From positions 1 through 54,099 of IMG/VR virus record IMGVR_UViG_3300025102_000038: DNA of 54,099 bases. One strand, 5' to 3'. Below the pieces are notes generated by a model. The model was not told where the DNA came from, did no database searches, and saw only the letters and a list, made by a program, of their open reading frames with translations. The position numbers and the translations under genes were made by a program. Position 1 is the first letter of the stretch, and every line of letters begins with the position of its first letter. This stretch comes from a virus. Its lineage: Duplodnaviria > Caudoviricetes. Shown here one piece after another: positions 36,649 to 46,918 of this stretch.

Positions 36649-38805
36649 ATGGCAGAAGATGACAACAATGAAATAACGATGGATGATCAGGTTATATCTG
36701 TAGAAGATGTAGCATCTGATGAGCCTGACCCAACGCAAAGCACAAACATGATATCGTTTATTATGGATAGATATAAACGAGCAGATGATTACAGAGAGCA
36801 AGATGAGCAGAGATGGCTAAGAGCATACAGAAACTACAGAGGTTTGTATGGATCAGATGTACAGTTTACAGAAGCTGAGAAGTCACGAGTATTTATAAAG
36901 GTAACTAAAACTAAAACACTGGCAGCATACGGTCAGATAATAGATGTGTTGTTTGCTAATAATAAGTTTCCGTTGACTGTAGAGCCAACAGAATTACCTG
37001 AAGGTGTAGTGGCTGATGTAAGCTTTGATCCTGCAGAACCACCACAAGTTAGAAACGATGAGATGTCTAGCCCATATGGGTTCAAAGGAGATGGTAAAGA
37101 TTTACCTGCAGGTGCTACACGACAATCTTTGATGGATAATCTAGGTCCTCTTCAAGGTAAGTTTGATGATATAAATAATTTAAAAGAGGGTGTGGGCAAG
37201 ACACCTACTTCTGTTACGTTTAGTCCTGCTATGGTAGCAGCTAAAACTATGCAGAAAAAAATACATGATCAGTTAGAAGAGTCTAATGCAAACAAACATT
37301 TACGAAGCACAGCCTTTGAGATGGCTTTGTTTGGTACAGGTGTTATGAAAGGACCTTTCGCTGTAGATAAAGAATATCCAAACTGGGATGAAGAAGGTGA
37401 GTATTCACCTGTATTTAAAACAGTGCCACAAGTTTCACATGTGTCAGTCTGGAACTTCTTTCCTGATCCTGATGCAAACAATATGGATGAAGCACAGTAT
37501 GTTATAGAAAGACACAAGCTATCACGTACCCAGTTACGTGCATTGAAGAAACGTCCACACTTTAGAGAGCAGGTTATTGAAACAGCAATAGCACTAGGTG
37601 AAAACTATAATAAAGAATATTGGGAAGATGATCTATCTGATTATGCACCTGAACATGCTATAGATAGGTATGAAGTGTTAGAGTATTGGGGTACTGTAGA
37701 TATTGACATGTTAGTTACAGAGCAGGTAGAGATACCACCTGAACTACAAGACTATGATGAAATACAGTGTAATGTGTGGATATGTAATGGACAAGTATTA
37801 AGAATGGTACTTAATCCATTCAAACCTGCAAACATACCTTACATGGCAGCACCCTATGAGCTTAACCCATACAGCTTCTTTGGTGTAGGTATTGCAGAGA
37901 ACATGGATGATACACAAACATTAATGAATGGTTTTATGCGTATGGCTGTGGACAATGCTGTAATGTCAGGTAATCTGTTGATAGAGATAGATGAAACCAA
38001 TCTAGTTCCCGGACAAGACCTAAGTGTATATCCCGGAAAAATATTTCGAAGACAAGGTGGGGCACCCGGACAAGCCATCTTTGGTACAAAGTTTCCTAAC
38101 GTAGCAGGTGAGAACATGCAACTGTTTGATAAAGCACGAGTGCTTGCCGATGAAAGCACAGGGTTACCAAGCTTCTCACACGGACAAACTGGTGTGATGG
38201 GAGTAGGACGAACAGCATCAGGTATATCTATGTTAATGAACGCTGCCAGTGGTGGTATTAAGAATGTTATAAAGAATGTAGATGACTATCTTCTTAGACC
38301 ATTAGGAGAGGGACTATTTAGGTTTAACATGCAGTTCAACTACGACAAAGCTACTAAGGGCGATCTAGAAGTAAAAGCTCGTGGCACAGAAAGCTTGATG
38401 GCAAACGAAGTGCGTAGTCAAAGACTCATGCAGTTTATGCAGGTAGCATCTAGTCCTGCACTTGCACCTTTTGCAAAGTTTCAGTATGTAATACGAGAGA
38501 TAGCTAAGTCACTAGATTTAGATCCCGACAAAGTAACTAACAACATGGATGAAGCCACACTACAGGCAGAGATCATGAAAAAATTTCAGCAACCTCCTCA
38601 AGCACCTACACCTCCTGCAGGAGCAGATCCAAAAGATCCAACAGGAGCAGGTGGTGCAACAATAGGCACAGGTCAAGTGCCTATGCCACAGGAACAAGGA
38701 TTCTCAGGAAATGAACAACAACAACCAAAACAACCCACAAATCAACCTATACAGCAAGCTGAAGCCACTGGTCAACAACAAGGACCACTGGGACAGCTTC
38801 AGTGA
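36649..38805 (+). CDS. portal protein
   Basis: follows TerL; FGTG.MK, FFPDP, RTASGISML motifs; Q/P-rich tail. Confidence 0.88.
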   Translation: MAEDDNNEITMDDQVISVEDVASDEPDPTQSTNMISFIMDRYKRADDYREQDEQRWLRAYRNYRGLYGSDVQFTEAEKSRVFIKVTKTKTLAAYGQIIDVLFANNKFPLTVEPTELPEGVVADVSFDPAEPPQVRNDEMSSPYGFKGDGKDLPAGATRQSLMDNLGPLQGKFDDINNLKEGVGKTPTSVTFSPAMVAAKTMQKKIHDQLEESNANKHLRSTAFEMALFGTGVMKGPFAVDKEYPNWDEEGEYSPVFKTVPQVSHVSVWNFFPDPDANNMDEAQYVIERHKLSRTQLRALKKRPHFREQVIETAIALGENYNKEYWEDDLSDYAPEHAIDRYEVLEYWGTVDIDMLVTEQVEIPPELQDYDEIQCNVWICNGQVLRMVLNPFKPANIPYMAAPYELNPYSFFGVGIAENMDDTQTLMNGFMRMAVDNAVMSGNLLIEIDETNLVPGQDLSVYPGKIFRRQGGAPGQAIFGTKFPNVAGENMQLFDKARVLADESTGLPSFSHGQTGVMGVGRTASGISMLMNAASGGIKNVIKNVDDYLLRPLGEGLFRFNMQFNYDKATKGDLEVKARGTESLMANEVRSQRLMQFMQVASSPALAPFAKFQYVIREIAKSLDLDPDKVTNNMDEATLQAEIMKKFQQPPQAPTPPAGADPKDPTGAGGATIGTGQVPMPQEQGFSGNEQQQPKQPTNQPIQQAEATGQQQGPLGQLQ

Positions 38806-38956
38806 TTATATAGGGTTCTTGATAGTACAGAATCACGCTATTATGGAGCAGACAAACGACTTAGTCACACTTCATAGATCACAAGGTGCTATCGCTATGC
38901 TAAGACGATTACGACAACTAAGGGATCATGTAAACTCCAATGGGTCTACTAAGTAA
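38711..38956 (+). CDS. small conserved protein after portal
   Basis: HRSQGAI..LRRL motif. Confidence 0.65.
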   Translation: MNNNNQNNPQINLYSKLKPLVNNKDHWDSFSDYIGFLIVQNHAIMEQTNDLVTLHRSQGAIAMLRRLRQLRDHVNSNGSTK

Positions 38957-41900
38957 AGCTGTAAAACAGGGATTAATAGACAATCCCCAAATCATTACTA
39001 AGAAACAGGATGAAGTTGCTAAAGAAGCAAAGGATAGGGCTGACTTAAATGCAAACGATCCTAACACAAATCCTGATGTGTATGATGAGCAGATGGCAGA
39101 TCCTAATGTGTCTAAGATCACAGTGCCTGAAGATCCCACTCCTATTCTTGGAAGTATGTATGGAGACTTAGTGCAAACATTTGAGTCCATGCCCTTTTAC
39201 GGAAAAGAGACAATATCAGGAGCAAACTTTGTAGAACAGTTAAATTATTATGTAAAAAATATTCAAGGCAGAAATATACCATTGTATAAATTTATGGAGA
39301 AGCGAGGAGCTTTTAAAAAATTTAGAGACAATCCCAAAAAACAATTTACAAAAAAAGAAATATTAGATTCTTTAAAAGACTTTTCTTCTTTTGAATTTAG
39401 AATAAGAGTGGATAAAGATACATTATACCGACCTCAACAAAGACTACCTATTGATGAGAGTGCAGGAGATTATAAAAAAGTAGGTTATGCTGAAGTAACT
39501 TTACATGCTCCCATAGATAATACTGTACCTTCAATACAAAAATTTGCAGACAAACACTTTAAGGGAAATACTATAGGACACACTAGATCTTCTTTTGTGT
39601 ATAACAATAAAACTAAAGAGTCGGCTGTTATGCCTGAAGAGGTACAAGGAGATCTTTTTCAAAACATTGGAAAAACAGTAGATGTTACAAGAGATAGATT
39701 AACTAACATACCTACATATGATAATTTTCAAGAGACAACTTTGGTTGGTAATCAAACAATGAGTTTAGTAGGTATTAGAGCAGATACTACACTAACTAGA
39801 TCTGAATCCCCTAGTTGGTTTGCTACTTCATTTATAGCACCTACTCGATCTTATAACAACCTAAAAGAAAATTTAAGGCTTGAATATTTTCTTATGGAAG
39901 ATAATGCAATGCTACTTAATAGGATAAAAGAAGGTAGAGTTCCACTAAATGAAGAAGTTGCTAATGCCATAGGAAGAGATAAAGGTATAATGAACATTGG
40001 CTCTCCAGATGCAACAAGCAGGATGGATGAAAACAAAAGTAGATTTATATCACAATTATTTGCTAAAGGTTTTTCACCAAAACAAATTAGAGAAAGGCTA
40101 GAAAAATATTTTTCTAAATCTAGTTCTGAACTAAAAGGTGAAAGTTTAACTGAAAGACAGATACAATCATTTTTAAGAAAAGAGAAACAAAATAAAATAG
40201 ACCATTATAAAGAAGTATTTAATAAAAATTTTATTGGTATTGGAGAGGAAGCTCAAGATATTAGTGGTGGCACTATAACTGCATTTAGTGAGTTACCTAG
40301 ATTAGGTGCATTAATAGATAAATTAGAAAAAAATTATGCAACAGGTTCGGCTGAAAGACAACCTTTTTTTACATTGCGATATATGCAAAGTTCTCTTTAT
40401 GAAACTCTAAGAAATTTAGAACTTGGAGAATCATTTGACGATATAACGGATTTTTCTCAATTTAAAAGTTACGAAAAACTAAGAAAGTTAAATGCACAAA
40501 AATTAAAAGATATTCAAAACACTATGCCTAGAACAATGGTATCTGGTTATGACTATAGAAATCCTAGTGCGATACCTGTATTTATGCAACGTTTTGCTGC
40601 TCATGGTTTTAACATGACAGAGAGAACAGATATGATTAATAGTATTCTTTCTAAATATAATTTAAATTATTTTAGAGGTGCAAATATAAGAAAGGGTCAT
40701 CAAGACGGACAGGTAAATGATGGTGAGAGAGATAGATTTTTAACTGATGGTTCTACTAATTATGCAGGGCAAATAAAATATCCTGATGGTTCTATTAAAA
40801 CTTATATGAATGCCAATGAAAGATTTTTAAGATATTTTGATGAAATAAATGAAGATAGACAAATAGGAGCTTCTACTTGGTCTGACCACCATCCTGAATA
40901 TCAAGAGCATTTAATTCAAGAAGAATTTAAGTTACCTGATTTTGAAGATGCATATCCAAACATATCACAACCTTTACCTTACAATTTTGAAGACACTAAA
41001 AAAAGAATGAAAAAAATTGTTGACGATTTAAATGAACAATACAAAGCTATAAATGAAGCCAGACAAGAGTTTAGCAAAAATTATATGAAAGCTTTTGAAG
41101 AGGATAATTTACATAATATACCAGTAGATCCTTTTGGAGATGCAGGTCCTTTTTCTTATACCCGACTCACAAATGTTACTATGTGGAGAGAGACTAAAAA
41201 TAAAGCAGTAGTAGGAAAAGATGCAGGTGACTATGGACGTTACTATGATGATACAATTAGTCCTCCACAAAAAGAAGTTATATCTACTGACTATGAACAA
41301 AATTTTATAGATAATCAAAATGCTGTTACACAGGAACGAGATGCTTACAATAGAAAAGAAGATGAAATTACAGATTTAGAAAATGATCCACGATTGAATG
41401 ACCCATCTGGTGATGATGGTCTTTCTGAACAACTAGACGAGTTATACAATGATCTATCCGATATAGCACTAGATATAGATAAGGCAGAAGAAAGAATGTT
41501 AAGAGATTTAACAGCAAAAAATATAGGCAATTTTGCTACACTCTTTGACCCTTTTGAACATGTATTTGATCCGAAACAAATAAATGAACTAAAGTTAATT
41601 GACTTTGATGAAATAGTAGATGACTATGGAACAGAAAAAGATCCTAGATTTGGTGCAAGCTTTGTTGCTCATGTAATGCGTGAAGTTACAAAACAAGATT
41701 ATTTAAATGGTTTAAATGATTTTGGTTATACTGTGTTTAGTGAGCTAGATATGAATAGATTAAAAAATACTCTTAGTAGTGTCGAAGCCAGAAAAACTTC
41801 TATGGAATCATATCAAAGATTAGAGGATCTGTCATATAACCCATTAAAGAAAGATGACTATATTACAAAAGGTTTAAACAGGGTTGTAGAAAAAGATGAT

Positions 41901-43718
41901 TTACCTATAGCAGACAAGTTAGACTTTTTGTACAAAATGGTTATTGGGCAAATGATGCTTGCTAAAAAATTAAAAACAAACAAAGTAATCATACCAAATG
42001 CTTCTGAGTTAATTAATTTAAGAGAAAAGCCTACCCCCGAACAAATGGTAAAATTAGGAAGATTTAAGGCTAATAGTAGAGAGTTTAAAAAGGCTGAAAA
42101 AGAGTATGATGAATTAAGGCACACAAGAGCAGATGGTACAAAGTATAGTGATAGACAAAAAAGAAAAGGTAAAGATGATCTCTATAATAAATCAAGAGTA
42201 TTAATGATGGATCTATTAAAGAAAAGATTTGGGGATGATGTAAAAATATATGAGATAAAACAAACTTTTAACAATCCTCCTAGAGAAGTACCTGCAACAG
42301 TTATAGAGTTTAACTTTGACTTTGATCCTGAAAAACAAATGATAAAAATGAAAGAGGGTGGGCTTGTACAGATAGACAATATGCGAGAGTCAATGAATTT
42401 GTTTACAGACCCAAAAGCATTTGGTGATGATGAGTATAGACAAAATGCTATACGAGAAGCTTTGGAAGCAGGTGTAATATCATTTAACTTTAACGAAGGG
42501 GGAGTAACTGATCCTGCACCTAAACCACCGATGATAGATTATATAACACAACAAGACTATAAAGAAAGAGCAGGAGAACTGTTTGAGAAAGATGACTTAT
42601 ATAGAAAGTATCCCAGTTCTTTTTATGCATATAGAAAACAGACGTTTGACTTTCCAGATTCTGCAGAGCAACCTGAGTTTGAAAAGGCTAGTCCAATGCT
42701 AGGTAGCTTAGAGTTTGAAGCTGATGTTATTCCCAAGTTTAGAACTACAGCTTTAGGCAGGCTAGGGTTCTATAGTGCAAGTGATGGCACAGGAATGTCT
42801 GATCCAAAGGTAGAAAAGGTAGACGAAGCTTTTCAAGGATCACAAGGATCATTTCGTCCATCAAATATGACCATAGCATTAACAAATGATCCCGAAGAGG
42901 GAGATAGAATACGAGCTTATAGAAGAATAGTATCAGAAAAAGATCCACTAAGAATACCACCATCCTCGCTTCCTCATCCTGAGTTAGAGAGAATGTACAC
43001 TTTAAATGCAGAAAATCCTACACCTGAACATGAATCTATTCATAGAGCAATATTAATATTACAAAACTATTATGCAAATGATAGAGACTATGTTGTTAAG
43101 AAGTATGGTGAAGAAACAGGTAATGTTTTATTTGATTTATTAAATCCTTCTAGAGATAATAATTATTTTCAACTATCTAATGAAGTATTAACTGAACAAA
43201 ATGATGCCATAAGATCAGGTGCTAAGTTTGATTCTGAAACGTATTTACGAAGAACACTTGGTGAGAGAGATGTAGATTTAAGAAACTATAAAGCAAAATA
43301 TAAAGACATGTTTAACGAAAAAGACTCATTAGCAAACAATATAGATCGCATTGTTAGAGCAGGGGGAGAAGAACCTAGACATATACTAAATAGAATAAGA
43401 GGTAGTTCTAGAGAAGGACATGCAGACATTGTATTGAGTATATTTGATAGAATAACAAAGCAGTTACCTAACTTAGAAGAGTTAGCCAAAGAAAGATTGT
43501 ATGACAGAAATCCTAAAGGTGGACCTACCTTTGATGCAAGAGGAATAGCAAAGGGAAGTTTAGACAAAGGGTTTTATGATAACTTAAAAGTAGACAGAGC
43601 ATCTGGAGAGGAGACAAAAAACTTTCTGCAGAGACAACTACAAAAATTTAGAGATCGAAGAAATTTGAAATCTAATATTAGAGCAAGTGAATCAATGGAC
43701 TTAGGTGGAAGGTTTTAA
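38940..43718 (+). CDS. large multi-module (polyvalent-like) virion protein
   Basis: 1592 aa; H.R...EEVQGD motif; HESIH; internal MKEGG/FNEGG. Confidence 0.7.
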   Translation: MGLLSKAVKQGLIDNPQIITKKQDEVAKEAKDRADLNANDPNTNPDVYDEQMADPNVSKITVPEDPTPILGSMYGDLVQTFESMPFYGKETISGANFVEQLNYYVKNIQGRNIPLYKFMEKRGAFKKFRDNPKKQFTKKEILDSLKDFSSFEFRIRVDKDTLYRPQQRLPIDESAGDYKKVGYAEVTLHAPIDNTVPSIQKFADKHFKGNTIGHTRSSFVYNNKTKESAVMPEEVQGDLFQNIGKTVDVTRDRLTNIPTYDNFQETTLVGNQTMSLVGIRADTTLTRSESPSWFATSFIAPTRSYNNLKENLRLEYFLMEDNAMLLNRIKEGRVPLNEEVANAIGRDKGIMNIGSPDATSRMDENKSRFISQLFAKGFSPKQIRERLEKYFSKSSSELKGESLTERQIQSFLRKEKQNKIDHYKEVFNKNFIGIGEEAQDISGGTITAFSELPRLGALIDKLEKNYATGSAERQPFFTLRYMQSSLYETLRNLELGESFDDITDFSQFKSYEKLRKLNAQKLKDIQNTMPRTMVSGYDYRNPSAIPVFMQRFAAHGFNMTERTDMINSILSKYNLNYFRGANIRKGHQDGQVNDGERDRFLTDGSTNYAGQIKYPDGSIKTYMNANERFLRYFDEINEDRQIGASTWSDHHPEYQEHLIQEEFKLPDFEDAYPNISQPLPYNFEDTKKRMKKIVDDLNEQYKAINEARQEFSKNYMKAFEEDNLHNIPVDPFGDAGPFSYTRLTNVTMWRETKNKAVVGKDAGDYGRYYDDTISPPQKEVISTDYEQNFIDNQNAVTQERDAYNRKEDEITDLENDPRLNDPSGDDGLSEQLDELYNDLSDIALDIDKAEERMLRDLTAKNIGNFATLFDPFEHVFDPKQINELKLIDFDEIVDDYGTEKDPRFGASFVAHVMREVTKQDYLNGLNDFGYTVFSELDMNRLKNTLSSVEARKTSMESYQRLEDLSYNPLKKDDYITKGLNRVVEKDDLPIADKLDFLYKMVIGQMMLAKKLKTNKVIIPNASELINLREKPTPEQMVKLGRFKANSREFKKAEKEYDELRHTRADGTKYSDRQKRKGKDDLYNKSRVLMMDLLKKRFGDDVKIYEIKQTFNNPPREVPATVIEFNFDFDPEKQMIKMKEGGLVQIDNMRESMNLFTDPKAFGDDEYRQNAIREALEAGVISFNFNEGGVTDPAPKPPMIDYITQQDYKERAGELFEKDDLYRKYPSSFYAYRKQTFDFPDSAEQPEFEKASPMLGSLEFEADVIPKFRTTALGRLGFYSASDGTGMSDPKVEKVDEAFQGSQGSFRPSNMTIALTNDPEEGDRIRAYRRIVSEKDPLRIPPSSLPHPELERMYTLNAENPTPEHESIHRAILILQNYYANDRDYVVKKYGEETGNVLFDLLNPSRDNNYFQLSNEVLTEQNDAIRSGAKFDSETYLRRTLGERDVDLRNYKAKYKDMFNEKDSLANNIDRIVRAGGEEPRHILNRIRGSSREGHADIVLSIFDRITKQLPNLEELAKERLYDRNPKGGPTFDARGIAKGSLDKGFYDNLKVDRASGEETKNFLQRQLQKFRDRRNLKSNIRASESMDLGGRF

Positions 43719-43720
43719 TC

Positions 43721-45745
43721 ATGGAACAGCAACAAATGAACTTATTTGAAGATGGTGGACTACGTGATCAGGGTGGTGGTAAAGATCCTGTATCAGGTAA
43801 CAATGTGCCTGTTGGCTCACTAGAAAAAGAAGTACGAGATGATATACCTGCAATGTTAAGCGAAGGAGAGTTTATTTTTCCTGCTGACGTAGTGCGTTAT
43901 TGGGGATTAGATTTGTTAATGCAGATGCGTCAAGAAGCAAAGCAGGGGCTGAAAAAGATGGATGATATGGGACAGATGGGTAACAGCGAAGAAGCTACAC
44001 TTCCTGATGACATGCCGTTTAACATGGACGATATAGAAACAGGAGATGAACCTTCTTTTAAGTTTAACGTTGGTGGTCTGGCAGCTGATCCACGATTTGC
44101 AACACAAAATGTAAACGTTCCTACATACACAGAAGAAGACAAGAAGAACATGGAAACGGCTGTGCTAAGTGGTATATTCGGTGACATAACCATGAAGCGA
44201 TATGTCAATGCAGATGGTAAAGTTATATACATACCGTTTATTGGAGACAAACCACAAGCACCTGTTCCTGAAGGATATAGCTTAGATGAGTCACCAGTTG
44301 TCTCATCTCCATCTACAACACAAGCTACTACAGATAGTGGAGGTGGTGGTAGCACATACGACCCTGCTCTCTCCCCTCTTGACAGGGCATTGCAACAACC
44401 AGACATGCCAAAGGTAAAGTCTGTTGATATAAATAAAATGTCTCCTGAAGAGCTAGTGGCATATTATGAATCGTTTACTAGCCCGATGGCTAGGTTTGCA
44501 TCTGTGGGTGCAGGGCTACTCTTTGGTCCTCTTATAGGTGCAGGATTAGCTTTAGCTCAACAATGGAGCATTAGAAACGGACCTAATAGTTTTGTAAACA
44601 CAGAGAAAAAACTTGCAGAGTTAATATCTACAGGTAAGCTAAAAGATGCAGGACTAATGAAAAGAATAACAAATGCTAGAAAACTTGCTAAAGAAAATGG
44701 TGTAGGACCTGTAAGTTTATTATCTAAGATAGGCGAAAAATTAGGCTTGTCAGAAGGACCAGATTCTGATATACTATCAAAAGATTTAGCTAATGCTATT
44801 AAGAATGGTGTATTACCTAAAAATGCAGCAGAAATTCTTAATCAAAAAGACGTAATAGACCAAGCTTTTAAAGAGATAGATCCGAAAACTCTTCCTCAGT
44901 CTGGTACATTTGGTACAAAAGTTCAGCCTTCTAATATTGATAGAGGTGATTTTGAAACAATAGGCACTAGTCCTACTAATTTTAATTATGGTGCTGTACC
45001 TGAGTTTGGTGAAGGACAACGTGTACAACCTGCTACAGTTGACTCTGATGCAGATTATTTAGAAGCGAGTGGTGCAGGGACTGCCACCACACTTCCTACT
45101 GAGAGGGCAAAGGTAAAACCAGTAAAATCAGTGTCGGCTACATCATATGATCCTAATAAAGATCCATTTGTTTTACCATCGACTCAATTTGTTCCTGACT
45201 ACGGTTTTGATCCTAAAGATCAAAGGCGAGCTAGGGAAGAACGAATGAGAGATAGGAGAACACTGGGAGATAAATTCTTTGGACCTAAACTTGAGGAAAA
45301 ATTTGGAGTAGCACAAAGTGACAAGATAGATTATACTCCTGCCTACGTTCCAACTTATGATCCTGATGATAAAAGAAGAACTGCAGCAGATTTTTATGAT
45401 CTTCCACAGCAACAGGATGACGATAGAGATGATGGTGGACCATCTTCTGATCCACAAACTTATGGTTCTCCGTTTGATAATACTGGACAAACTACAACAC
45501 CTAGAACTGATACATATGCAGATTTAACAGGTAGTCCTTTTGGAGATAGAGGTAGATCTCAAGCACCACAAACAGTAGGAACTGGTGGTGGTTCAGGACA
45601 AAGATTTGGTCCTACTGGTGGATTCTATGTAGGTGGTGTACCCACTAAACCTATGAAGCCACAGAGACTAAAGAAAGGTGGTTTAGCTAAATCTAAAGTT
45701 AAACCAAAAAGAATGAAGAAGGGTGGACTGGCTTCTAAAAAATAA
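43721..45745 (+). CDS. virion protein with N-terminal DDIPAMLSEGEF domain
   Basis: conserved N-terminal domain, central hydrophobic helix, low-complexity tail, five xxxGG motifs. Confidence 0.7.
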   Translation: MEQQQMNLFEDGGLRDQGGGKDPVSGNNVPVGSLEKEVRDDIPAMLSEGEFIFPADVVRYWGLDLLMQMRQEAKQGLKKMDDMGQMGNSEEATLPDDMPFNMDDIETGDEPSFKFNVGGLAADPRFATQNVNVPTYTEEDKKNMETAVLSGIFGDITMKRYVNADGKVIYIPFIGDKPQAPVPEGYSLDESPVVSSPSTTQATTDSGGGGSTYDPALSPLDRALQQPDMPKVKSVDINKMSPEELVAYYESFTSPMARFASVGAGLLFGPLIGAGLALAQQWSIRNGPNSFVNTEKKLAELISTGKLKDAGLMKRITNARKLAKENGVGPVSLLSKIGEKLGLSEGPDSDILSKDLANAIKNGVLPKNAAEILNQKDVIDQAFKEIDPKTLPQSGTFGTKVQPSNIDRGDFETIGTSPTNFNYGAVPEFGEGQRVQPATVDSDADYLEASGAGTATTLPTERAKVKPVKSVSATSYDPNKDPFVLPSTQFVPDYGFDPKDQRRAREERMRDRRTLGDKFFGPKLEEKFGVAQSDKIDYTPAYVPTYDPDDKRRTAADFYDLPQQQDDDRDDGGPSSDPQTYGSPFDNTGQTTTPRTDTYADLTGSPFGDRGRSQAPQTVGTGGGSGQRFGPTGGFYVGGVPTKPMKPQRLKKGGLAKSKVKPKRMKKGGLASKK

Positions 45746-45759
45746 GTTCACAATATGTT

Positions 45760-45800
45760 GGCTACCTAACTCCCCACTAACATGGCATACAGTTAGCCCT
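45760..45800 (+). promoter_or_regulatory. structured RNA leader of scaffold gene
   Basis: CTAACT/AGTTAG and CCA/TGG stems with CC/YAC internal loops. Confidence 0.5.
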
Positions 45801-45817
45801 AACGAAAGGTAAGTAAA

Positions 45818-46687
45818 ATGGCAGAAGCAAAAGTAATGGTGAAAGATGCAACACCAAAAAAAGTAATGTCTTTAGCATCTCGTAAGTATTCACGAGATGA
45901 CAAAATACAAAAAGACGAAGAGGAATTAAATCAGTTAATCGCAGAGCAAAAAGGTGAAGTAACAGAAGAGGTACAAGCAGAAGCTGAACCTACATCTGCA
46001 GAGGAGAGAACTTTTAAGAAACGCTATGGTGATCTTAGAAGACACTCACAACAAAAGGAAGCTGATCTGCAGGAGCAGATAAACAGTTTAAAAACACAGC
46101 TTGATGAAGTTACTAAAAAAGAAATCAGGCTACCAAAGTCAGACGAGGACTTAGAAGCATGGGCAACTAAACATCCTGATGTAGCAGCAATAGTTGAGAC
46201 TATAGCCATCAAGAAATCTAAAGAGCAATCTAAAGATCTTGAGGACAGGATTAAAAAAATAAACGAAATGCAAGAATCTGCTACTAAAGAGAAAGCAGAG
46301 GTAGAGCTACTAAAAATACATCCTGACTTTATAGAGATACGTGAAGACGATGAGTTTCATAACTGGGCTGAAGATCAACCTAAGTGGGTACAGCAAGCTC
46401 TTTATGAAAATGATGATGACGCAAAGTCTGCAGCTCGTGCTATAGACTTATACAAAGCTGATAAGGGTATTACTAAAAAGAAAGCAAGCACATCAAAGGA
46501 CGCTGCATTTGCTACAAATACCAAAGCATCACGGTCTAAACCTCAGACAAATGATCAGTCATCATATCTGAGGGAATCACAAGTACAAAAGATGTCAGCA
46601 CAAGAGTACGAGAAACGACAAGAGGAGATTATGGAAGCAATACAGACAGGTAAGTTTGTATATGATGTTTCTGGATCTGCACGATAA
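45818..46687 (+). CDS. capsid scaffolding protein
   Basis: acidic coiled coil, FKKRYGDLRRH, HPDF; directly before MCP. Confidence 0.8.
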   Translation: MAEAKVMVKDATPKKVMSLASRKYSRDDKIQKDEEELNQLIAEQKGEVTEEVQAEAEPTSAEERTFKKRYGDLRRHSQQKEADLQEQINSLKTQLDEVTKKEIRLPKSDEDLEAWATKHPDVAAIVETIAIKKSKEQSKDLEDRIKKINEMQESATKEKAEVELLKIHPDFIEIREDDEFHNWAEDQPKWVQQALYENDDDAKSAARAIDLYKADKGITKKKASTSKDAAFATNTKASRSKPQTNDQSSYLRESQVQKMSAQEYEKRQEEIMEAIQTGKFVYDVSGSAR

Positions 46688-46692
46688 AAAAG

Positions 46693-46720
46693 TTGACATT
46701 TAAAAATTTATACATATAAC
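46693..46720 (+). promoter_or_regulatory. sigma70-type promoter for capsid gene
   Basis: TTGACA-16 nt-TATAAC. Confidence 0.6.
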
Positions 46721-46734
46721 TATGTATAATACGT

Positions 46735-46865
46735 AAATACATACACATAGCCCCTTTATGGACACCTAAAGTATGTATTTTTATCACAAACGACAATGCG
46801 ATGAGACTTACCTAGTTTGTCTAGCCCAGTGTGTACAACTGCACCTAGAATTAAATTAGCCCCTA
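46735..46865 (+). promoter_or_regulatory. structured RNA leader of MCP gene
   Basis: repeated TAGCCC and ACCTA elements forming stems. Confidence 0.5.
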
Positions 46866-46918
46866 TATCAGTAATTGTAATTTGTATCTGTGACCTTGAA
46901 AAGTAAGGAGGAACAACT

